A stretch of 64,000 nucleotides of DNA from an uncultured Dorea sp. Its GTDB lineage: Bacteria; Bacillota; Clostridia; Lachnospirales; Lachnospiraceae. This document shows, piece by piece, positions 38,701 through 46,118 of this stretch. Position numbers and translations under genes: made by a program. Under the pieces are notes generated by a model that searched no databases, was not told the origin of the DNA, and was given only the letters and a program-made list of their open reading frames with translations. Each line of letters starts with the position of its first letter. Position 1 is the first letter of the stretch. Location of the stretch: NCBI GenBank assembly GCA_910587575.1, contig CAJULU010000003.1:29172-93171 (forward strand). The letters run 5' to 3'.

Positions 38701-39927
38701 ACCGTCCAGCAAGTATCCATTTGGAGCTGATTTTTCTTCTACAGTAATCGTACCTAGCGGCAGACAGATAACATCATTCTGTGTATAGAAACTGTCGCCA
38801 GATACCTTATAAGAATCCGACAGCCGTGTAATATAATGATTTGTTCCGTCGTTGCCCTTTTCTGCTTTAGTTCTGGTTGTCCATGTGCGTGTCGGCGTTG
38901 ATGGGAGATTGTTTCTGGTGTAATACCCGTCATAATATTTCCAGATAAACTCTGCGCCCTCTAAGGTAGCTTTGCCCTGTGGTATTCCTTTTGATGTTTC
39001 CATATCCAGCTTGAAAAGTTCAATTTCTATATTTGTAACTTTGGGCGTATCACCGACCTGTAAGGTAGCAGTTTCTCCTACATTGACTGTAAGGGTATAG
39101 ATATGTTTATCTAATTGGAATCCCTTTGGAGCTTTTTCTTCTTTCACATAATATGTTCCGGCTCTAAGTTCCACAGCATTTGTATTCCCGTTTTCATCTG
39201 TAATAAGCGTGGTAACGGACTGTGTGCAGCCATTATCAGAATAAACTCCATAGGTCGCACCAGATAAGGAATAGCAGTCATTATTATTCGTGATTTCAGT
39301 ATTCGCAGAAACTTTTTGGATTTTTCCTTTTCCGATTGCCAGATTCGCCCAGAACTGTCCTAAATCCTGTCCTTCACCGATATAAATATAGCCGCCGCAA
39401 TCATATCTTCCCTTATTTGCTTTCACAAATTCTTTTGCGTTCTCATATACTTCTGCTTGAATTGTTTCTGGTAATTCGCTGAAATCAGCATGTACATTAT
39501 CATATCCCCATCCAAGATGAACGCTTAACCTACGCCATACAATACATTGTTCAAGCAAATACATCTGATTAGATGTGAGGTTTGTATGCTGCTGCGCATA
39601 CTGTTTAACATATTCCAATGATAAAGCAACATCTGAAATCTGCTCATTATTCATTCTATCCGAAGCGTTAATGCGATTTTTATAACCCGATGTGAAATGT
39701 GCGTTTATATCAATACAATAGGCTATCTGCCCGTCAGCGTGCATGACGCTTTCCGTAAGGCTGTCAACGACTACGCCACTGTTATTGACTTTGATAATCT
39801 TTCCGGCGATTCCTGCGGTATCCGTATAAACATGTTCCGCTGCCTGTGTCTGTATGACAGGTAATGTTGTAAATACAGTTACGAGAGCAAGGATAGCTGT
39901 CAGTAACCGTTTCAAGATTTTTTTCAT
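35749..39927 (-). CDS. Sortase-anchored surface adhesin: thioester domain, CnaB/SpaA repeats and four VaFE/T-Q ester-bond repeats
   Basis: Signal peptide; AYCID...EQCIVW; repeated VTFEELY...AEHKDIEDDGQTV; QPKTG followed by TM and basic tail. Confidence 0.85.
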   Translation of the reverse strand: MKKILKRLLTAILALVTVFTTLPVIQTQAAEHVYTDTAGIAGKIIKVNNSGVVVDSLTESVMHADGQIAYCIDINAHFTSGYKNRINASDRMNNEQISDVALSLEYVKQYAQQHTNLTSNQMYLLEQCIVWRRLSVHLGWGYDNVHADFSELPETIQAEVYENAKEFVKANKGRYDCGGYIYIGEGQDLGQFWANLAIGKGKIQKVSANTEITNNNDCYSLSGATYGVYSDNGCTQSVTTLITDENGNTNAVELRAGTYYVKEEKAPKGFQLDKHIYTLTVNVGETATLQVGDTPKVTNIEIELFKLDMETSKGIPQGKATLEGAEFIWKYYDGYYTRNNLPSTPTRTWTTRTKAEKGNDGTNHYITRLSDSYKVSGDSFYTQNDVICLPLGTITVEEKSAPNGYLLDGAYLHVNGTSEQVTGVYVAQVTENGERAILNGGNQYFVSDKVTRGGVKIQKRDLETKDTKPQGNADLKNVAFTITSLNENPVLVEGKLYQKNEVVKTIRTGIDGIATTTADTLPYGRYRIDESTPPEGYLTNGAVSREFDIVDNEKIVDLTSEEKSIYNQIIRGGVKIQKRDLETKDTKPQGSATFSDTAFTITNLSKNPVLVNGKLYKKNEIVKTIHTGIDGIATTAADTLPYGHYRIDEVTPPEGYLINGAVSREFDIVDNEKIIDLTSEEKSIYNQIKRGDIEGVKIGSGTHKRLSNVPFKITSKTTGESHIIVTDKNGQFSTCSDWTSHKKNTNAGKSSEDGIWFGTSEPDDSKGALLYDTYEVKELRCDSNKGLTLIPAFDIVVSRNKVVINLGTLTDEYEPELTIHTTAIDKVTGEKSIIAGKNVTIIDTVALDGLKKDTKYQLKGWEMVKSENAELLIDGKRVENDLTFTAKDSKMEVQITFTFNASQLAGKELVTFEELYDVTNPDEPVKVAEHKDIEDDGQTVTIEERVIDIHTKACDKATGDKMILASKDITIVDTVSLAGLEKGTKYQLKGWEMVKSENAELLIDGKRVENDLTFTAKDSKMEVQITFTFNASQLAGKELVTFEELYDVTNPDEPVKVAEHKDIEDDGQTVTIEERVIDIHTKACDKATGDKMILASKDITIVDTVALAGLEKDTKYQLKGWEMVKSENTELLINGKPVENELTFIAEDSEMEMQLSFTFNASELAEKELVTFEELYDVTNPDKPVKVAEHKDIENDRQTVAITERIITMHTNAADKATGEKAIDADKEVTIIDTVSLDGIEKGVKYQLKGWEMVRSENAELIINEKRVEKDLTFTATDSVMEIQIAFTFNASELAGKELVTFEELYDVTNPDKPIKVAENKDIEDKGQTVTITENPTEPTTPESSTPTGNGNQPKTGDTTNLALLFILLIFSAAGLVFTAYRKYRSMKAKHN
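35930..38580 (-). repeat. Intragenic tandem repeats: four 390-bp units and two 360-bp units
   Basis: 36631-36980 is nearly identical to 37021-37370; 37860-38220 is similar to 38220-38580. Confidence 0.85.
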
Positions 39928-40146
39928 AATGTTATGATTCTCCTTTCGTTTTGGATAAAAAAATAGACGCTCATTTCTGAACGTCTTAATTCTTGAAATC
40001 AATAAACTATGTAGTATAGTATTGCTTCACTTTATCATTTTTTGAGATATACAGGAAATAGGGCGGCTTATGCCTGTGTCCTGTGAATTTTCTGATTGTT
40101 AGTATCTGCTCAAAAGTGCCGTAGTTGTGGGCTTTTAACACCTTTG

Positions 40147-40186
40147 AATTTTTACTACAATCTTCCCGATTCGTTTCACCGAAACG
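40147..40186. repeat. Right attachment site: element arm TACTACAATCTTCCCG plus core TTCACCGAAACG
   Basis: Core identical to 22204-22215; arm is inverted relative to 22214-22229. Confidence 0.9.
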
Positions 40187-40699
40187 CTGATAGTGGACGA
40201 TTTCACGTTCCCTCAGGAAACGGATGGGTTCACAGACCTCTGGGTCTTTTACGAGGCGCAGGATATTGTCGTAGGTGGTTCTTGCTTTTTGTTCTGCCGC
40301 CATATCCTCATGTATATCCGTAATCGGGTCGCCCTTGGACTGAAAGTAAGTTGCAGTCCAGGGTGCGCCGCTTGCCGCCTGGGGCCAGAGGGCAAGGGTG
40401 TGGTCTACATAGTATTTGTCGAATCCGGACTTCTCCAGTTCTTCCGGCGTCAGGTTGCGTGTAAGCTGATGGACGATGGCACATATCATCTCCATGTGGG
40501 CCAGTTCCTCCGTACCGATATCCGTCAGTATCCCAGTCACTTCCTTATAAGGCATCGTATACCGCTGTGACAGATACCGCATGGAAGCAGCCAGTTCTCC
40601 ATCTGGTCCACCAAACTGAGTGATAATAATCTGTGCAATCTGAGGATTCACCTGGGTAATCTTTACCGGGTGCTGTAACCGTTTTTCATAATTCCACAT
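40175..40699 (-). CDS. cotJC: 5' segment (residues 1-175) of split spore-coat manganese catalase; in the integrated state it reads on to 40007 with a 55-aa element-derived tail
   Basis: MWNYEKRLQHPV, QFGGPDGEL, GTEELAH, AAEQKAR and REREIVHYQRFGE motifs. Confidence 0.93.
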
Positions 40700-40702
40700 A
40701 TA

Positions 40703-40972
40703 CTAGCATCCTCCTTCCTGCCATGGCCATGGCTCATTGATCCAGCACCAGTAATCTGACGGGGTGCATGCCGTGTCAAGGGTCAGCGGGCCGAAATATC
40801 TGGCATATTCTTTCAGCGCCTGAACCCGCTGCTTCTTGAATTCTTCAAAATACTCCAGTGCGTCTTCATCACACGGATGGGTATCCAGGAACAATTTTAC
40901 ATCGTCAACTGCAAAACTGACTACATTGATCCATTCTAATAATTCATTACGGTCGGGTCTGTTCTCTGTCAT
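40703..40972 (-). CDS. cotJB: Spore coat protein CotJB
   Basis: FAVDDVKLFLDTHP, FGPL and WINEPWPWQ motifs; ATGA overlap with cotJA. Confidence 0.92.
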   Translation of the reverse strand: MTENRPDRNELLEWINVVSFAVDDVKLFLDTHPCDEDALEYFEEFKKQRVQALKEYARYFGPLTLDTACTPSDYWCWINEPWPWQEGGC

Positions 40973-41277
40973 CTGCAACAACCTCCCATTCTGATTCCTC
41001 TGAACGGTTTATCCAGTTCCTCGAAAATAGTCCCTATATGAAATCCCTTCTCTGCTTCATAAAGGTTCCGCCATTCCTGCCATGGGACGTAGGCCATGGC
41101 GACAGGCATATCGTTCAGTTCATCGTATCTGTCCCTGTCATCACAGCAGGCAGGCTTTGGTTCGGGCGAAACGGCAGACGGGCAGGGTTGTGCGGGCTGC
41201 GGCGCACTCACAGGTGCGGGCCGGTTGCAGCCGCTTCTGCGCATGTAATCCTGTGTGCTAAAACGGTAATTCGGCAT
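40969..41277 (-). CDS. cotJA: Spore coat protein CotJA
   Basis: AMAYVPWQEW and GTIFEELDKPF motifs; AAAGGAG RBS supports ATG at 41277. Confidence 0.9.
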   Translation of the reverse strand: MPNYRFSTQDYMRRSGCNRPAPVSAPQPAQPCPSAVSPEPKPACCDDRDRYDELNDMPVAMAYVPWQEWRNLYEAEKGFHIGTIFEELDKPFRGIRMGGCCR

Positions 41278-41312
41278 GTGTGTAACTCCTTTCATAGAAC
41301 GTTTGCAATAAC

Positions 41313-41340
41313 AGTGTATGGAAAATTTAGAAAGTGGTGC
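41313..41340 (-). promoter_or_regulatory. SigmaK-like promoter of cotJABC
   Basis: GCAC-N16-CATACACT, matching AC-N16-CATAnnnT. Confidence 0.6.
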
Positions 41341-41415
41341 GTGTTTTCCTTCGTTTGAAGGTTGTTTTTGTAAAGGTATCTGAGTATAATAGATACGATA
41401 GGGGTGTGTAAATAT

Positions 41416-42606
41416 ATGGCAAAGAATCGAAGAGTAAAAAGACAGAAAGCTGCGAGTGTGGAGAGGAGAGAAAAAAAAGGCGCCAGTGTAATTCGCTTTT
41501 TTGACTTTAACCTTCTGACGGTGCTGATTTTTCTGATCTGTTTCGGGCTGGTTATGCTCTATAGTACGACTGCGTACAGTGCACTGGTAGAGCATGAGGA
41601 CAGTATGTTCTATTTTAAGAGGCAGCTTTTCTTCTATGCGGCAGGATTCGCAGGAATGTATATTGTCGCAAAGATTGATTATCATGTTTATATCAGATGG
41701 GCGGATAAGATTTATTTCTTTTCTATATTTATGATGGCGCTGGTGCAGACGCCTCTTGGAAAAGAAGTCAAAGGTGCAAGGCGGTGGATCCGTCTGCCTT
41801 TCGGCCAGCAGCTGCAGCCGGCTGAGATTACCAAGATCGCAGTGATCCTCTTTATTCCGGTGCTGATCTGTAATCTGGGAAAGGAGATCAAGACTTTAAG
41901 GGGGATTCTTAAGGTGCTTCTGTGGGGCGGTATTGCGGCTGTCTGTGTTCTGGTGCTTACGGACAACCTCAGTACGGCGATCATCGTGATGGGGATTACC
42001 TGTATCATGATTTTCGTGGTCCATCCCAGAACCAGGCCCTTTGTTATCATTGCCGTGACCGGGCTGGTCTGTGTGGCTGCCGGAGTGCGCATACTGGGGG
42101 CGGTGCTGAAGACCAGTGATAACTTCCGTCTGCGCAGGATCCTGGTATGGCTGAATCCCGAGGGACATGCCGAGGAGGGGGGCTACCAGGTGCTGCAGGG
42201 GCTGTATGCCATAGGATCCGGCGGATTTTTTGGAAAAGGTCTGGGGAACAGCGCCCAGAAGATGATTATGCCAGAGGTTCAGAATGATATGATCCTTTCC
42301 ATTGTATGCGAGGAACTGGGAGTTTTTGGCGTGATTATTGTGCTGGTCCTGTTCGGGCTTCTTCTGTACCGTCTGATGTTTGTTGCTCAGAATGCACCGG
42401 ATATGTACGGTTCTCTGGTGGTGACAGGGATTTTTGCCCATGTTGCGCTGCAGGTGGTTCTGAACATAGCCGTTGTGACTAATCTGATTCCGACAACTGG
42501 AATTACTCTGCCGTTCATCAGTTATGGAGGAACATCCAGCCTGTTTCTGATGGTAGAGATGGGGATTGCCCTCGGAGTGTCCAGAAGAATAAAAATCAGT
42601 GAATAA
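41416..42606 (+). CDS. FtsW/RodA/SpoVE family SEDS protein
   Basis: GARRWI, QPAEITK, AIGSGG and TGITLPFISYGGTS motifs. Confidence 0.9.
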   Translation: MAKNRRVKRQKAASVERREKKGASVIRFFDFNLLTVLIFLICFGLVMLYSTTAYSALVEHEDSMFYFKRQLFFYAAGFAGMYIVAKIDYHVYIRWADKIYFFSIFMMALVQTPLGKEVKGARRWIRLPFGQQLQPAEITKIAVILFIPVLICNLGKEIKTLRGILKVLLWGGIAAVCVLVLTDNLSTAIIVMGITCIMIFVVHPRTRPFVIIAVTGLVCVAAGVRILGAVLKTSDNFRLRRILVWLNPEGHAEEGGYQVLQGLYAIGSGGFFGKGLGNSAQKMIMPEVQNDMILSIVCEELGVFGVIIVLVLFGLLLYRLMFVAQNAPDMYGSLVVTGIFAHVALQVVLNIAVVTNLIPTTGITLPFISYGGTSSLFLMVEMGIALGVSRRIKISE

Positions 42607-42751
42607 AATGCTTTCTTTTCCGGTATAAATATGGTATGATAAAATATGTAGTATTTAAAACTACATAATATAGAAATTAATGACATGCCAGGATGGAATG
42701 GAAACCCCGTGAAGAGGTAGGCCTGGATGACGGCATGCCGGGAGGATGAAG

Positions 42752-43591
42752 ATGAGTTACAAGATTATTGTCGATAGCTGCGGAGAACTGACAGAAGAGA
42801 TGAAAGCATCAGAATGTTTTGAGACGGCTTCTCTGGAGATTGATGTTGAGGATTACCATATCGTAGATGATGAGACGTTCGACCAGACGGATTTTCTGAG
42901 GCGGGTAGCGGCATCCCCGGTATCGCCGAAGTCTTCCTGCCCGTCTCCGGAGCGTTATATGGAGGGATACCGCTGTCCGGCGGATCACGTCTATGCGGTT
43001 ACATTGTCGGCCGAACTGAGCGGTTCTTATAACAGCGCCGTTCTGGGGAAGAATCTGTATCACGAGGAATATGGAGAGAAGGATATCTATGTGTTTAATT
43101 CACGTTCCGCATCCATCGGTGAGACGCTGATTGCATTGAAGATTGCAGAATGTGAAGAGAAGGGCATGGAATTTGCACAGGTAATTGAGACGGTAGAAGA
43201 ATATATTAAGGGACAGCATACTTATTTCGTCCTCGAGACACTGGATACACTGCGTAAGAACGGAAGGCTGAAGGGCGTGAAGGCGGTGGTGGCTACGGCG
43301 CTGAATATTAAGCCGGTCATGGGTTCAACGCCGGAGGGCACGATTGTGCAGCTGGGGCAGGCCAGGGGCGTGAAGAAGGCTCTGGCTAAGATGACGGAGG
43401 AGATTATGAAGGATCTGAAGGATCCGGGCAGGAAGATACTTGCTGTCTCACACTGCAACTGCAGGGAACGTGCGGAGTATGTCAGGGATACACTGATGAA
43501 GAAAGCAGAGTTCAGAGATACGCTGATTCTGGATACGGCAGGCATCAGCAGTATGTATGCTGCGGATGGCGGTGTAATTGTGGTTGTATAA
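42752..43591 (+). CDS. DegV family fatty-acid binding protein
   Basis: IIVDS, SSCPSP, LSAELSGSYNSA and LRKNGRL motifs. Confidence 0.9.
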   Translation: MSYKIIVDSCGELTEEMKASECFETASLEIDVEDYHIVDDETFDQTDFLRRVAASPVSPKSSCPSPERYMEGYRCPADHVYAVTLSAELSGSYNSAVLGKNLYHEEYGEKDIYVFNSRSASIGETLIALKIAECEEKGMEFAQVIETVEEYIKGQHTYFVLETLDTLRKNGRLKGVKAVVATALNIKPVMGSTPEGTIVQLGQARGVKKALAKMTEEIMKDLKDPGRKILAVSHCNCRERAEYVRDTLMKKAEFRDTLILDTAGISSMYAADGGVIVVV

Positions 43592-43687
43592 TTTGCTGAT
43601 TTGTGGTAGAATGGATTCTGGTACGGACTGCATGAAATGTTTTGGGTTTTATGCAGATATCAGGTTAAGAAGGAGAAATCAGAAAGC

Positions 43688-43942
43688 ATGAGCCAGGAGA
43701 AAGTTGACAGATATAAACAGGAAAAAGCGAACCGCAAAAAGAATGCAAAGAAGGAGAAGTTTCAGAATGCGGTGCGCAGGTGTGTGGTGCTAGTGGTTGG
43801 CGTTGTGCTGATCGGATGGATCGGCTATTCTGCGTATGGAACTTATGAAGCGAAGAAGCCGAAGCAGGAGGCGCAACTTGACTATTCGGCCCTGACGGGA
43901 TTGGATTCCGAACTTTCTAAAGTCAATGGGTCGGCAGAATAA
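43688..43942 (+). CDS. Small hypothetical membrane protein
   Basis: MSQEKVDRYKQEKANRKK followed by one TM helix; hairpin terminator at about 43949-43981. Confidence 0.65.
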   Translation: MSQEKVDRYKQEKANRKKNAKKEKFQNAVRRCVVLVVGVVLIGWIGYSAYGTYEAKKPKQEAQLDYSALTGLDSELSKVNGSAE

Positions 43943-44010
43943 TATGCAAAAGGGGAGCAGAAATTTTCTGCTCCTTTTTTTGTGCAAAATCCCAAAATGT
44001 GAAAAAAGGG

Positions 44011-44094
44011 TTGAAATCATCAAAAAAGTGGTTTACAATGGGGACAAGTGGTAGAGAGTGGTGATAAGTGGATCAAAGTGGTGACAATGTGGAG
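44011..44094 (+). promoter_or_regulatory. dcw promoter with array of MraZ-binding GTGG repeats
   Basis: TTGAAA-N17-TACAAT; GTGG at 44028, 44048, 44058, 44068, 44078 and 44089, with ATGG at 44038. Confidence 0.8.
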
Positions 44095-44120
44095 CTACTT
44101 GGAAGAAGGTGCGTTCAGAC

Positions 44121-44561
44121 ATGTTAAGGGGGGAGTATAGCCATAATATAGATACGAAAGGCAGACTGATCATTCCGGCAAAGTTTCGTGAAGATCTAGG
44201 GGAGAATTTCTTCATAACCAAAGGAATGGAGAAGTGCCTGTATATATACCCGGAAAGTGAATGGAACATCTTTGAGGAGAAGCTGAACAGACTACCGACT
44301 ACGACTGACAAGAAAGCCCGTGACCTTGCCCACTTTTTTCAGGGGAGCGCAATAGAGGGAGAACTGGACAAGCAGGGAAGAACATTAATCCCTTCTGGTC
44401 TGAGAGGATTTGCACATCTGGAAAAAGAAGTGGTATTTATCGGTATGGGGAAGCGTGCCGAGATCTGGGACAAGGCGAGATGGGACGAGAAGAATGCTGA
44501 ATTGGAAGATAACATTGAGGATATTGCATCCGATATGGAAGCGGGCGGATTTAGTATCTAG
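44121..44561 (+). CDS. mraZ: Division/cell wall cluster repressor MraZ
   Basis: DTKGRLIIP and DKQGRTLIP repeats. Confidence 0.95.
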   Translation: MLRGEYSHNIDTKGRLIIPAKFREDLGENFFITKGMEKCLYIYPESEWNIFEEKLNRLPTTTDKKARDLAHFFQGSAIEGELDKQGRTLIPSGLRGFAHLEKEVVFIGMGKRAEIWDKARWDEKNAELEDNIEDIASDMEAGGFSI

Positions 44562-44590
44562 TGTTGAAGACGGTACAAAAGGGAGAGGAT

Positions 44591-45526
44591 ATGGAATTCG
44601 GGCACAGATCAGTATTGTTACAGGAGACGATTGATGGGTTAGCCATCAGGCCGGACGGAATCTATGTGGATGGCACACTGGGCGGAGGTGGTCACAGCCT
44701 GGAAGTGTGTAAGCGTCTTGGGCCAAAGGGGAGTATTGTAGGCATAGACCAGGATGCCGATGCCATTAAGGCGGCAGGTATCCGACTGAAAGACTTCGGG
44801 GAGAAGGTCACCATAGTCAGGAGCAACTATTGTGAGATGAAGTCAAGGCTCCATGAATTAGGAATTGACAAGGTTGACGGCATTATCCTGGACCTGGGGG
44901 TATCGTCATACCAGCTGGATACGGCTGAACGGGGATTTTCCTACCGTGAGGATGCGCCGCTGGATATGCGGATGGATACCAGGCAGAAGATGACCGCCAG
45001 AGACATTGTTAATGACTATGATGAGAAAGAACTTTACCGTGTGATCCGGGATTACGGGGAGGATAAGTTTGCGAAGAATATTGCAAAACATATCGTAACG
45101 GAGCGCGGGAAAGGACCGGTTGTGACAACGGGCCAGCTGACAGAGATCGTCAGAAGGGCTATACCGATGAAATATCAGAAGAATTCCGGCCATCCGGCGA
45201 AGCGCACATTTCAGGCGATCCGTATTGAACTGAACCGGGAGCTGGAGGTCTTAAGAGATTCATTGGATGACATGATCGGTTTGCTGAATCCAGGAGGGAG
45301 GTTATGTATCATAACATTCCACTCACTGGAGGACAGGATTGTCAAGAGTGCATTCAGAAAGAATGAACATCCTTGCACCTGTCCGGCGGATTTTCCGGTA
45401 TGCGTATGCGGGAAAGTCCCAAAGGGGAGTATTGTTACAAGAAAGCCGATTCTGCCGGGCCAGGAGGAACTGAGGGAAAACAGCCGCTCTAAGAGTGCAA
45501 AGCTTCGGATCTTCGAACGGGCATAG
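44591..45526 (+). CDS. rsmH: 16S rRNA m4C1402 methyltransferase
   Basis: [29 protein letters not shown] and SAKLR motifs. Confidence 0.95.
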   Translation: MEFGHRSVLLQETIDGLAIRPDGIYVDGTLGGGGHSLEVCKRLGPKGSIVGIDQDADAIKAAGIRLKDFGEKVTIVRSNYCEMKSRLHELGIDKVDGIILDLGVSSYQLDTAERGFSYREDAPLDMRMDTRQKMTARDIVNDYDEKELYRVIRDYGEDKFAKNIAKHIVTERGKGPVVTTGQLTEIVRRAIPMKYQKNSGHPAKRTFQAIRIELNRELEVLRDSLDDMIGLLNPGGRLCIITFHSLEDRIVKSAFRKNEHPCTCPADFPVCVCGKVPKGSIVTRKPILPGQEELRENSRSKSAKLRIFERA

Positions 45527-45566
45527 CAGAAGAAAGCAGGACATCTGACGGGAAGGGGTGACTTAC

Positions 45567-46109
45567 ATGGCAGCAGCGGGAAGACGTGCAGATAACGGAC
45601 AGCAGTATCGGAGACGGAGAAACGGGACATCGCCGTATGTCTATGGGAATGTGGCAACGCAGCCGGAGATATCACCGGATTACCATGAGCAGTCACCTGA
45701 AAGACCGAAGAAGAAGGTAAGCAGCCAGGTGCGCAGAAACAGGAAGCTGGCGCTTCATATGAATTCCGCTTATGTGATTTTTCTTGCGGTAGCGGCGGTC
45801 ATGGCGCTGGTGGTGTGCGTGAATTATGTGGAACTTCAGTCACGTATTACGAACCGTTCCAAGAGCGTCACGGCCATGCAGGAAGAACTGGCGAACCTTA
45901 GGGAAGAGAATAATGCGAAATATAATGCAGTGATGGATTCCGTGAATCTCGATGAGATCCGGGACCGTGCCCAGAACCAGTTGGGAATGGTATATGCGTC
46001 TCCGGAACAGATTGTAGAATACGAGAATCCGGCAACGGATTATGTCAGACAGCTTGAAGAGATCCCGGATGACGGTGTGCTTGCCCAGTCAGGTAAACGC
46101 AACAGATAG
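45567..46109 (+). CDS. ftsL: FtsL-like cell division protein
   Basis: Single TM plus coiled coil and A..QLGM motif; located between rsmH and a PBP gene. Confidence 0.65.
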   Translation: MAAAGRRADNGQQYRRRRNGTSPYVYGNVATQPEISPDYHEQSPERPKKKVSSQVRRNRKLALHMNSAYVIFLAVAAVMALVVCVNYVELQSRITNRSKSVTAMQEELANLREENNAKYNAVMDSVNLDEIRDRAQNQLGMVYASPEQIVEYENPATDYVRQLEEIPDDGVLAQSGKRNR

Positions 46110-46118
46110 GGGTGTGAC

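Larger units (their letters stand above)
22204..40186. mobile_element. Degenerate Tn916-family ICE with serine integrase, inserted in cotJC (excised circle 17,971 bp)
   Basis: 12-bp terminal direct repeats, inner inverted repeats, visibly AT-richer than the flanks, orf23-22-21-20-19-ardA-17-16 order, orf7/orf8-like regulators, large serine recombinase. Confidence 0.92.

Noticed and set aside
22204..40186. Element as a prophage or as a tet(M) resistance transposon
   Set aside because: No phage structural genes and no resistance gene seen; the backbone is Tn916-type conjugative.
40007..40699. 230-aa ORF read as an intact manganese catalase gene
   Set aside because: The last 55 aa come from the inserted element; the true C-terminus is at 22203-22120.
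41278..41685. Long N-terminal extension of cotJA in the ORF track (238 aa)
   Set aside because: It overlaps the ftsW-family gene on the opposite strand; the RBS and promoter support ATG at 41277.
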